A stretch of 64,000 nt of DNA from Octopus vulgaris (Eukaryota): assembly GCA_951406725.2 (NCBI GenBank), contig OX597829.1, forward strand, positions 11,036,001 to 11,100,000, read 5' to 3'. Numbering within the stretch: position 1 is the stretch's first letter; each line of letters begins with the position of its first letter. The notes below the pieces were generated by a model. The model saw nothing but the letters and a program-made list of their open reading frames with translations. It was not told the origin of the DNA and ran no database searches. This document shows, one piece after another, positions 14,800 to 29,028 of the stretch. Both the position numbers and the translations under genes were made by a program.

Positions 14800-16066
14800 C
14801 TAGCTCAAAAGTCACCTGATAGGGCGGCTTTTAAGCTAGTGTATGGCTTTTAAGCAACTGACCCCGAATGGGAAGACTCTGCAAACAGATCTCTGACTTG
14901 TTTTGCAGAATTTGTTGCAATTGCTTCCTCCAGAGACATATCCAAATGATGATCATAGTCGTCGCAAAAAAATCATGTAAAAATAAAAAAATCGCCGAAA
15001 ACAATCGCAGTAATGAAAGCATAGGAATCGAAAATTTCAAGATTGCAGATCTGGATTCGGTCCAGAATGTCTTTAATTTACTCACGGAGCTAACCTTTTG
15101 ATTATAAAAAACTATTATCATACAAAAAAATTTGTCGCAAAAAATCACGTAAAAAAATCGCCGAAAACAATCACAAAAATGAAAACTTAGGAATTCAAAA
15201 TTTTAGTATTGTGACTCTGGATTCAGCCTGGAATGTTTTTAATTTACTCACGGAGTCAGCCTGATTCTAAAATGGTATGATATGTTGGGCTATGGCCTCT
15301 AGGAGTAAAGTTGAAAAAGTGTAACACACGGACATTCACATTTATTATATCATATATTATTATATTATATTAAGGCGGCGTGCGGGCAGAATCATTAGCT
15401 CGCCGAGCGAAATGTTTAGAGTATTTCGTCTGCCGCTACGTTCTGAGTTCAAATTCCGCCTAGGTCGACTTTGCCGTTCATCCTTTCAGGGTCGATTAAA
15501 TAAGTACCAGTTACGCACTGGGGTCGCATTAATCGACTTAATCCATTTGTCTGTCCTTGTTTGCCTCTCTGTGTTTAGCCCCTTGTGGATAGTAAAGAAA
15601 TAGGTACTTCGCAAAATAAGGCGGTGAGCTTGCAGAAACGTTAGCACGCCGGACGAAATGCTTAGCGGTATTTCGTCTGCCGCTACGTTCTGAGTTCAAA
15701 TTCCGCCTAGGTCGACTTTGCCTTTCATCCTTTCTGGGTCGATTAAATAAGTACCAGTTACGCTCTGGGGTCCCATTAATCGACTTAATCCGTTTGTCTG
15801 TCCTTGTTTGTCCTCTCTGTGTTTAGCCCCTTGTGGGTAGTAAAGAAATAGATATTTCGTCTGCCGTTACGTTCTGAATTCGAAATACACCATGGTCGAT
15901 TTTTCCTTTCATCCTTTTGGGGTCGATAAAATTAGTACCAATTACGTACTCGGGTCGATATAATTGAGTTAATGCCTTACCCCGAAATTTGAGTCCTTGT
16001 GCTTCCAGCAGAAAGGATTTATTAAAGTTGAAAAAGTGTGACACACTGACATTTATTATATTAGAT
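14800..16066 (-). mobile_element. Probable non-autonomous Helitron carrying nested SINE-B copies
   Basis: On the - strand it starts A|TCTAATATAATAAATG (~16065) and ends in an imperfect hairpin + CTAG|T (14800). Internal ~150-bp-period direct repeat 14984-15258. The 5' end also occurs at 15306-15350. Confidence 0.55.
15372..16018 (+). mobile_element. Tandem SINE-B cluster: Tx1-tailed monomer (15372-15612) plus dimer (15619-16018)
   Basis: Three core copies. Heads aaggcgg(c/t)g...gcagaa; tails tttgtctgtccttgtttg...tagccccttgtgg..agtaaagaaata. Confidence 0.85.
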
Positions 16067-16114
16067 ATGTTTAATTTGGGGGAAACTTTATTTCAATTAA
16101 AGTGTATGATATAT

Positions 16115-16262
16115 CGCTAGCCACTAAACCTTTTTCTATTTTCTCGCCCTGTTTATTTCTGTGTTCCTTTCTGTCGAAGAGCGTAGGCTCGAAACGTAAA
16201 AGACTTTCTCACTTCCCGAGTGTTAAACTAATACATCTGTTTTTTTTTTGTAAATTCTCACT
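16115..16262 (+). mobile_element. Short repeat with hammerhead-like variant core
   Basis: ctttCTGTCGAa-gagc gtag gctc-GAAACGTA-aaag at ~16167-16202; ends in (TA)n/(TATG)n. Confidence 0.6.
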
Positions 16263-16263
16263 A

Positions 16264-16299
<36 letters not shown>

Positions 16300-16346
16300 T
16301 GTATGTATGTATGTATGTATGTATGTATGTATTGTATATGTAATGT

Positions 16347-16706
16347 GGAGGTGCAATGGCCCATTGGTTAGAGCAGCGGACACGCGGTCGTAGGATCGTG
16401 ATTTCGACTTCCAGACTGGTCGTTGCGTTGTGAGTGTTTATTGAGGCTCTGGCAGGGGATGATGGCGGTCGCTGCTGTACTCTTTCACTACAACTTTCTC
16501 TCATTCTTTCTTCCTGTTTCTGTTGTACCTGTATTTCAAATGGCGAGCCTTGTCACACTCTGTGTCATATTGAATCTCCCTGAGAATTACATTAAGGGTA
16601 TACGTGTCTGTGGAATACTCAGCCACATGCACGTTAATTTCACGAGCAGGCTGTTCTGTTGATCGGATCAACTGGAATCACCGAAGTCACAACCAACGGA
16701 GTGTTA
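16347..16706 (+). mobile_element. tRNA-derived SINE, third family (SINE-C)
   Basis: Head ggaggtgcaatggcccattggttagagcagcggac...gatttcgacttcc with A/B-box-like motifs; embedded in microsatellite. Confidence 0.65.
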
Positions 16707-17020
16707 CACATATATGTATTAAAGAAAGCAAAACATAAAACAATAGTAATTGTGCTCAGTATGTTGGTGACAGGAATTTCTGTCAAAGAGACATGGTTAA
16801 ACAAAATTGTATATCATCATCTCCCTCTTTCTCTCACATACTCACTCTTTGCCTTTCTTTCTTTCTCTCTCTCTCTCTCTCTGTCTTTACCACCGCCCTC
16901 ACCGTTTCTATGCTCATTATCACTCTCATCCCATCATGAGGAATAGTAAGAGTGTCATTGTATAGTGAGAGAGGGGGTCTAAGTGTGACACACTGACACA
17001 CAGAAATTTGTTTTCGCATT

Positions 17021-17079
<59 letters not shown>

Positions 17080-17179
17080 CAAGCATCCATACGCACATAT
17101 ATATGTGAATCTATTCGAATATGACATATTATGACATGTATGTATTTATGTATATGTGTGTGTGTGCGTGCGTATGTGT

Positions 17180-17275
<96 letters not shown>

Positions 17276-19511
17276 TATTCAAACACAGAAAGAGTTTGAT
17301 AATTCCTCTTCAAAAACAACTACATGCGGATCCAGAATTATATGTTCTTTAATAACATCCTCGGCAAATTTTTTTCATTGAAGAATATAAACGTGCACAT
17401 TAACTAGAGAACTACTTGAAGACACTGCAATTCTTTGTCTTATCCTGCTAAAGAATAAAATGGTTACTGAAGACACAAATCGAATGTCAATCAAGAGAAA
17501 AATATGCCTGGCCCTCTCACCATCCCAATGTCAGGTTTTCTGTGTTCGTGTTGTTGAAATGCCTCACAAACCAGATAACTATTTTCTGCCAAGATACATT
17601 TTGACTGAAAAGACAACTCAATGCACTTTAATAAGCTCTGGTTCATAATGCTTGAACATGAAGAAAACAAGAGACTTGTAAACTATTTATACCCACCTCT
17701 GCTCCATCCTTGAAGTTTTCACGATTGAATATAAAGAGCAACTTCTTGTTTTTGTTCTTCTTATTGTAGTTGCTGTGCTTGATGTTGAAGATATTTTCTT
17801 GTTCTTATTTGTTTAGTCTGTACGGTGCAATGCCTGTAACCGTGGTAGACCGCCCGAAATTGGCGAGATTGTTACGATGAAGGTTCAATTTAACAGCTGC
17901 TCGTCGACTGTAAGGGAGGAAAATACGTGAAAGAGGGGATTACAAAGGGCCAGCGTTCTAGGTAAAGAAAAGTTGGGTGTATAGATTTATGAGGAGAATA
18001 TAAATGTTGAGAAGAGGAGAATTAATTAGATCGGAAGAATTTGAATCAAGATGACACAAGAACAGCTAACTTGGAGGAACATGAGTCATTGCGGATTGCG
18101 GTACGACAGAAACGACAACAGCGAGACAACAGCGAGACAACAGCGAGACAGCCAAAAATCGGAGAGGATATTGTTAGAGACTTCACGCGATCATATCAAT
18201 TGATTTTTCTTTGAATTAAGACGAAGATGTGTATGTGTATATAGCATCAAAACCAAGCCAAGTGTGGGAACTTTACACCACTATGGATCTCCTCTTCGAA
18301 GAGTTTAAAGTTATTAGAAACGGTTGTATTTTCTGACCATGCAAAGGAAGACGAGTTTGTACGTTATAATTTTGACTATATTGAGGATAAAGCAGCCTAT
18401 TATTTTCAGCAATCGTGAGGGTTTTCGTTGCTTGCTGCTCATATTTATATGGGCTTGATAATACTTTCTTGATATGTGCAAGGACTGTGTCTATGTGCTT
18501 TTGATTCCCTTATACTCTTGTAAGTTGAGACATTTTGTGTAATGTACTGTAAAGCCGTCTATAATCAGGGGTCAGTATTGACAGTGAGAGAAAGAGGAAA
18601 TGAAGAGAGATAAAAGAGTTAATTATTGCTAGGTGCGATTTGCTACGCATGTATTCTAAACTTTCGACTGGCAAACCTGCCAGCTGACAGGCACATCTCA
18701 ACCAGCTAGAGATATCAGTGAAATCCACCCCTTCATATTCGCCCATTTCTTGAATAAGAAAATGGCATATCACATGGGGTTTTTTTCTGTATATTCCAAA
18801 TAAGAGAGGGTGGAATATCTTTTGACATACGACTTCTAAACACCATAACAACGAAGTTGAAACCTTCACAGCGATTCAGTGTATCGTCTCAATATATTCT
18901 TCCTTGAATCATCAGATCTACAAATGATACATGGTAATTTCTTTGAATAGAATCAAGAATTTCTTATGGAATTTTCCTAGTTGACCAAAAAGCGGATTCT
19001 TTCGATTCCTTTCTGTTGTTTTTCTTTTTGTTCTTCATTTATATTAGACACCATCTTGTCGCAATGAATAGGAAAAAATAAAGAATTGAACAATCCTGAT
19101 AATCCACCACCATCTGATTGGTATTTCATTTAAAAGTAGTATGTGTGTGCGTATGTGTGTGTATGTGTGTGTGTGTGTGTGCGTGTGTGCACGCATTTGT
19201 TTGTGCATGCGTTTGTAGATAGATGTATGACTATATAGATGTAGTTGAAATTTACAGAAAAACAAAAGATGAAGACCGGTGTATAAACAAGAAACAACTG
19301 TACATTGATATTTACTGCGTGTTTTTTTTGCAAACAACTTGTACATGCGAGTGCTACCAGTTGAGGACTCCGCATACCAGAAACCAGCAAGTGTATGGGG
19401 GACATAAGAAGAAAATGCGCGCCGTTTCGGGGCCTACCTCTCGACGGCAACAGTGCGCACCGCCCCCCTCTTCACTGATATTTGTTTATATTTATATAGA
19501 TGTAGATTTAC

Positions 19512-19896
19512 TCTTTTACTCCTTTATTTGTTTCAGTCATTTGACTGCGGCCATGCTGCAGCACAACCTTTAGTCAAATAAATCGACCCAAGCACTTATT
19601 CTTTGTAAGCCTAGTACTTATTCTATCGTTCTCTTTTTGCCGAATGCTAAGTTACGGGGTCTTAAATTCACCAGCATTGGTTGTCAAGCGAAGGGGACAA
19701 ACACAGACATACAAACACACACACACACACACACGCACACACACACATACATACACACACACATATATATATATATATATTGGCCTGCTCGCTTAGCTAG
19801 CGGGGTGGCGTAATTCGAAGGCTAAAACAATGCAAACGCATTGTGACCAGCGATGTGTAACAACATCTGATGGTCTGGTCGGTCACATGATCACGT

Positions 19897-19954
<58 letters not shown>

Positions 19955-19997
19955 ACGGGCCCCTTTCTGTTTCCGTCAACCAAAATCTACTCACAAG
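19512..19997 (-). mobile_element. SINE-A partial copy with a ~120-bp insertion (19781-19899) in its internal (CA)n/(TA)n
   Basis: gtttcagtcatttgactgcggccatgctgcagcac ... cgacgggcccctttctgtttccgtc. Confidence 0.75.
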
Positions 19998-20098
19998 AAA
20001 GGGTGAAAAATAAGAAGGAGAGGGACAGGTAGAGAAGAAGACAGACAGGCAGGAAGGAAAGGTCAAGTAAAGGGTTAAAGAATGCGCGTCATAATTAT

Positions 20099-20951
<853 letters not shown>

Positions 20952-21090
20952 TATATATATATACACACTCACAGATATCAGACACACATGTACACATTCA
21001 TATCTATGTATAATTATATTTATATATAAATATACATATATATATATAATTATTTGTATATATGCTTGTGTGTATGTATGTATATATATA

Positions 21091-21264
21091 GGCGCAGGAG
21101 TGGCTGTGTGGTAAGTAGCTTGCTTACCAGCCACATGGTTCCGGGTTCAGTCCCACTGCGTGGCACCTTGGGCAAGTGTCTTCTACTATAGCCTCGGGCC
21201 AACCAAAGCCTTGTGAGTGGATTTGGTAGACGGAAACTGAAAGAAGCCCGTCGTATATATGAGC

Positions 21265-21295
<31 letters not shown>

Positions 21296-21518
21296 TATGT
21301 TTGTGTGTGGGGGTATGTTTGTGTGTCTGTGTTTGTCCCCCTAGCATTGCTTGACAACCGATGCTGGTGTGTCTACGTCCCCGTCATTTAGCGGTTCGGC
21401 AAAAGAATAAGTACTAGGCTTACAAAGAATAAGTCCTGGGGTCGATTTGCTCGACTAAAGGCGGTGCTCCAGCATGGCCGCAGTCAAATGACTAAAGCAA
21501 GTAAAAGAGTAAAAGAGA
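21091..21518 (+). mobile_element. SINE-A, intact copy (tRNA-derived head, CORE-like ggcaccttgggcaagtgtc, internal microsatellite, CR1/L2-like tail)
   Basis: A-box tggctgtgtgg, B-box ggttcagtccc; tail gctccagcatggccgcagtcaaatgact...(gtaaaaga)n. Shows the empty Tx1 target site. Confidence 0.9.
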
Positions 21519-22235
21519 GTATGTATGTATGTATGTATGTATGTATGTATGTATGTATGTTTGTATGCATGTGTGTATGTATTTACACATATGCATATAA
21601 ATCAGATCATAAAGAGCCGGAACGAACGCTACTAGTTACTTTGTCCGTCGCTCCAACGATTCTGTCAATAAAGCCCACGTGCTTTTTACAAGAATCCGCC
21701 ATTGAAAGAAAATAACAGACATCATATTATACATTATACTCATCTGGAAGATATGCAATAATGAGAACAGAATTTAAGTATTTTCAGTCAGTGAACTTTT
21801 GATTGGAATCATTTATAAAGATTCCTCGAGTCCATCCTCTTTTAGAAATGGAATAGTGGAATTCATCAAAAGGAAAATGGTTTAAATTAGGAAAGTAATT
21901 TATCATAATAACAGTAGTTTCATTGTAAGAGATGTAACAGATGGTAGTCAGATGTATAATGGATTAGCATAAATATAGTAACAGATTAACCAGTTAACTT
22001 CATTCAAATTATAAAGGTGATGAAAATGAAGACAACGACGATGACAACGGCAACGACAACGATGCCAACGACGACGACGACGACGATGATGATGATCGTT
22101 TAAGTATGTTCGGGTCAAGGCCGCGCATTCTCCATAAAATTTCAAACATATACATATGTTTATCTATTTACTTGTGTATGAGCTATCTCTCCATCTATCT
22201 GTCTATTTATCTATCTATTTGTTTATCATTCTGTC

Positions 22236-22296
<61 letters not shown>

Positions 22297-22535
22297 CCTT
22301 CGCCGCGTAAACCACTGGTTCGTTTTATTCTCTTACTTTATTATCATCTTATAATCATCTCATAATGATGGCCTTTATGACTCGTATTACTACTTCAGTC
22401 AATCTAAATGTATATATTTGTCACTACCTGTCATAAACAACATTTTTCTATTTGCAATAGACATTTTCGTTGATTTTTCATATTTTACCCTTACATTTCC
22501 ACGTGTATTTTATATTTCGTAACATATTTCGTATA

Positions 22536-22883
<348 letters not shown>

Positions 22884-23066
22884 TGGCCGAAATAAGATTA
22901 AGATTAATGTAAAAAATAAATATCACTGAAGCAAAATAACACCAAATATATAGTGCGTGTGTTTTTATTGGCTAAACTGGCAATATGACCATTCCGAAAT
23001 ATAACAATATCTGTTTCAACACACGACTTCACATAAAAAATCTTGCACAACAAATATTTAAACGTA
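22884..23066 (+). mobile_element. 183-bp copy of 11501-11683 inserted in (TTA)n
   Basis: Near-identical sequence and identical length; starts at the predicted hammerhead cleavage site. Confidence 0.85.
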
Positions 23067-23086
23067 TTATTATTATTATTATTATT

Positions 23087-26000
23087 CTATGTTTGACTTT
23101 TGTTTTACATTTGCACAAGCTGGCTCCAAGTCTCATCCAGAGACCTCAAGAGACAACAAGTTGGAAGTTCATGTTGGTGTTATGCCTAGGGTGCCATATA
23201 TTTGGTTTTGTACTTAGTGTTGTACTAGTGAATGCCTAAAAAAAACCATACGAAAATTGTTTGTTTAAAACTTGAGATTACGTAGAAAGTATTTTGCGTA
23301 GGATATGAGCTGTTCCCATGAACACTATCTTTTGAATTTCTGCCATTTGGGGGTTTCCTGCTTTCTGAGTCAGGTGGCAATCAGCCCCTTTTGCTATCAT
23401 TCCCAGGGCACCTATGACAACAGTTATTGTTTTAGTCTTCAGGTTCCAAATTTTGCTGATTTCTATTTCAAGATCTTTATATTTGCTCAGTTTCTGGTAG
23501 GTCTTGACAGATACGTTTATATCGATTGGGACAGTCATATCAATGAGGAGGCCTGTTCTTTGTCTGAAGTCGTTTACTATGATGGGTGGCCTATTCGCGT
23601 CTATCTTTCTGTCAGTTTGAATGGTGAAGTTCCAGAGGAGTGAGATGTGGTCATTTTCAAGCACTGGAGGTGGTTTTTGTTGCCACCAGTTTTTATCATG
23701 GGGCAAGTCAGGCTTTTGCAAATTACCCAGTGAATATATTGTGCAGCTCTATCATGTATGTTGAGATACTCTGTAGGCGCTAGAAGACTGCACTTGGAGA
23801 CAACATGATCAATGGTTTCATTTTGTTGTTGACATATACGACATGTTGGGCTACTGCCGTTCTTTAATATGTTGGCCTGGTAGTTCCTTGTAGGTAGGCA
23901 TTCATCTTGAGCTGCTGTGATAAACCCTTCTGTTTCAGATTTTAAGCCAGAGGCCATTAGCCATTGATGGGTCAGGGCTTTGTCAACATCTGCATTATTC
24001 GGTCTCTTTGGGTATTTGCCATAGAGAGGTTTTTCTTGCCATTTACCATTCAGAATATCTAAGGCAGCATATTTAGTACGGGTTTTCATGCGCTTAGCTT
24101 TTTCTGTGCTTGTTTCTTGTATGTCTAATTCCGAAATTTGTTGTATTCGGAATTCACTTAGATATTCCTTTGCCTGTTTTGTTACTGAGTATGATGCTTT
24201 CTTGTTTTCATGTTTTAAGACAAGTTTTAACATCCAGTCCTCAGAGTTTTTCTGGTAGGTGTCTAGGCCGATTGTAGCAATCTTCATTGTTATTGCCAGT
24301 TGTAAAAGTCCACGGCCTCCCCCTTTTCTTGGCAGATAAAGTCGTTCTATATCTGCCTTAGAGTGGTGCATTCTATGCATTGTCAACAGTTTTCGTATTT
24401 TTCTGTCAAGCTGACATATTTCAGTAATTGACCAGTTAACGATATTGAAACTGTAAGTCACGACTTTTATGGCTAAAGCGTTGATCGCTTCGATCCTGTT
24501 TCTCGCATTCAGCTCTGTCTTGAGTATTGCTCTTTTTCTGCGATAACATTCTGTTCTGATCCTTTCCTTCATCGCTGAATGCCTTATTCCATCCCCTTCA
24601 ATTACCCCTAGGTACTTGTAGCTCTCTGCTGGGTCTAACTCTTTTATGACATTCTGCTGGTCGAGGTAAACATTGCATTCTGATTGCAAAAAGCTTTAAA
24701 TCATCCATGTAAATGAGATGATTTATATTTTTACCAAACATTTTATATCCGTACTGTGCGTCATTGAGCAATTTTGAGAGAGGTATTAAGGCTAAACAAA
24801 AGAGGAGTAGTGATAGTGAGTCACCCTGGAAAATGCCACATGAAATTTTTACATCACCAGCATTTAGAGATTCACCGTCACTGTTCAAAGTTAGTGTGGT
24901 TCTCCATGATCTCATACTTACAGTCAAAAAGTTTCGCAGGGTAGGTGCTATTTTATACATTTCCAGACATTTCTTTATCCAGCTATGTGGTAGGCTATCA
25001 AAAGCCTTTTTATTGTCTATCCAGGCTATTGATAAGTATTTGTGTCGTTTGTGACAATCTTCTAAGATCATCTTATTGATGAGTAGCTGATCTTTACAAC
25101 CATAGGATCCACGTTTACATCCTTTTTGTTCATTAGGGAATATGCTGCTCTCTGTTAAAAAACTATAAGTATATTCCGTCAGGACAGATGTTAGCGTTTT
25201 ATACATAGTTGTTAAGCAGGTTATGGGTCTATAGTTTTTTGGTTCATTTGTTTCTTCACTTTTTGGGAGCAAGAATATTAAACCATTAACTAGCCAAGGA
25301 GGCATCCTACTAGGGTGTTGCAAAACATCATTGTACAGTTCTGTTAGCAGTTCATGGCTCTCTGGGAAGGCATTCAGCCAGAAGTTAGGAATTTTATCCT
25401 TTCCTGGAGACTTCCAATTGCTTGACCTCCTGAGAGCAGATCTTATATCTTCTACCTTGACACCCTCCCACTTTTGCTCTTCTAAGGAGTCCAGTTGTGT
25501 AGATATTCTATCAATTCAAGGGGCCTTTTCGTTGTGTGTTTTTTCTTCTGCCCCAATTTTATTCCAAAAATCGTGCACTTCTTTTGATGGTACAGACTTT
25601 ACAGTAACTGCTGTTTTCCCTATCTTCCTGTAAAAATTTTTGTGGTTATTTTTGAACATGTTGTCCTTGAAGAATCTAACACGCTTTTCATACCTCGCTA
25701 TGCGGGCAGCTTTAGCAGATACCTATTGCTTGATGGTTTCTATGGTGGCATCAATATCAAGTATAGTTTTCATATATTCTTTCTTTAATTTTGGGGTTTT
25801 TGTAGGTTTGGTAGTCTTGTCAACCTTAAGGTTTTTCAAACATTCAATGTCAGACCTAAGTAGTTTAATTTAATGTTGGATACGCTCCTGCCAAGAAGGC
25901 TTTTTGTGGGAATGTTGCCGTTTTCTAATCTTTACACCACATAGGATCGTTGAGATTTTCGCGGATGCATAGTACAGGTTGTTGAGATCTGTGATATTAA

Positions 26001-27820
26001 CATCATTAGCTGAAATTATATCCTTAAGTGCAAGGCGGATTTTACCAATTATTTTCATGTTTTGGTTAGAGTTGTGGATTCTCGGGAGTGTATCGCGTTT
26101 ATCCATAATGGTTTCTTTAATTTTCAGCCATTCAATCATGATTTGATTTTTTAGCTCATGTAGTTCTGTTGGGTCAATATTTGTGTGACTTTCTTTATCT
26201 ATTTGATGTTCATCTGTCTTAGTGTTTGTGATTGGTTCAGTGAGTATTTCACTTTGCCAATCAGTTATACTAGCTCTTCCAATCCTTACTGCGTTTTTAT
26301 CAGCCCTGGGCTGGTCTGTAATTATTTCCTCTGTATTATCTTCTTTAACTGCAGCTTCGTTCATTCTATCCGTTACTGCTTGTCTAATTTGATCAATCTC
26401 TACTTCAGTCAGTAATTGTTTTTTATAATGTTTCTTCTGACGTTGGCAGGTTTGTTACTGTCTGTGTAGGGTCTTACTTCAGGGTGTTTCTGTCTCCAGT
26501 TTATGTAGGTTTGTATAGTGTTAGATTTATCTTTGGGGAAATATATGGCATGGTAGAAGGCCATAAGAGCCTCTTTATTATCTTCCCGAGACCATCTTTC
26601 ATTCTTTTTCTCTTGGTTATTTGATGACGGGCATGGATGGCCATCTGTTGGAATATTTCGGTTGTGGGGTACGTCCAGCTCCTGTGTGTATGGAAGATTT
26701 AAACCAGTGGCTGATTTTTCAATCAGAATTTGGTTCAATGTACGGGTTTGTGGTATTTTGTAAACCGATCAATGACCATTGCGGTTTGTAATTTGTTTTG
26801 TTGACATTGAGGCATGACGAGCTTCGGCTGTTACATTAGGAGTCGGATCTGTTAGTATAGGGTTAGGTTTTTGCGACTACACCGCATCTGAACGTAAACA
26901 TCGCTCGTAGGGTAATTTCTTAAGGCTAGCAGATCTGTATTCGCCTGTATTTTTTTGTTTATAGAATTACCTCCGCACATAGTTTTTCTTGTAGTGTTTT
27001 TTAAACTTATGAAGGGTTCACTCTGTCTGTGTTAGTTCGAAAAAATGATAGTAAAATAAGAAGAAAACAAAAAGATCTGTCGGTAAAGGGTTCAGTTCTT
27101 GCGACGACACCGTCTCTGAATGTAAACATCACCTGTAGCGTAATTTCTTAAGGCTCGCAGATCGGTATTCGTCGGTATTTTTCTATTTATAATTTTGTTG
27201 TTGGTAGATTTACCTCCGGACATGGTTTTTTACTTCTTTGTGGTGCTTTTTACCCTTATGAAAGGTTCACTCTGTCTGTGGTAGTTCGAAAAAATGAGAA
27301 GTAAATAAGAAGAAAAACAAAGAAAGTTTTGATTTTGTTTTTGCTTGTTTTGTGACACGTTTTTTCACGTGCGTGAGTGTGTGTCCTGTAAATTTCACTT
27401 AGTGTGTTCAACTTTGGGATGTATGTGTAGTCCTATGGGTATCAAAATGTATATATGATCGTGTAGACATTCGAGTGTATGCGTAATTACTCAATTTATG
27501 TACTCACTATTTTTATTTATTTTGGTCCGTTTCTATTTTAATCTTTCCAGTGTTGATATCGTGCGTGTGTCCCGCACATGTTTCCTTGAGACACCGTGCG
27601 TAGGAGAAACTGTACTTTCTATGGCAGTAAAATTTCGTTTTAGTCTTAGTGTCTTCGTTAAAAGGTCGCTTCCTTCGAGTTTTCCTCAAGTTCCTTTATC
27701 TAATTCCATCGATGTTATTGGATTAGATTTGTTTTTGAATGGAGAGACCGGTTTAGTACATCCATGTTGTTATTCAGTGCGGGCTTCCTTTCTCCTTATT
27801 ATTGTTCGGCTTCCTCTCTC
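23087..27820 (-). mobile_element. R4/Dong-clade non-LTR retrotransposon (RT + CCHC + restriction-like endonuclease), near full-length, degenerate, in (TAA)n
   Basis: NYRPITCL, AWIDNKKAFDS, GIFQGDSLS, YMDDLK, CRICQQQNETIDHVVSKC, RP.IIV.D...LIDMTVP...KYKDL, VVIGALG; (TAA)n on both sides. Confidence 0.92.
23278..26738 (-). pseudogene. Dong/R4 single ORF, multiple frameshifts and two RT deletions near 24670-24690
   Basis: ORF pieces 26738-26409, 26364-25870, 25323-24598, 24689-23601, 23721-23278; compared with the second copy. Confidence 0.88.

Positions 27821-29028
<1,208 letters not shown>

Noticed and set aside
17400-18900. RT remnant, solo LTR (TGTAAC at 17836) and ORF 18510-18869
   Set aside because: Only vague motif resemblance, with no paired terminus or recognisable domain.
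21091-21165. tRNA gene
   Set aside because: Has A/B boxes but no complete cloverleaf and continues into a SINE body in every copy. The same holds for 16347 and 43200-43274.
27720-27820. HDV-like ribozyme at the 5' end of the R4/Dong element
   Set aside because: GAGAGA/TCTCTC pairing exists, but I could not find P1.1 (GG), P3/L3 or the J4/2 catalytic motif by eye.
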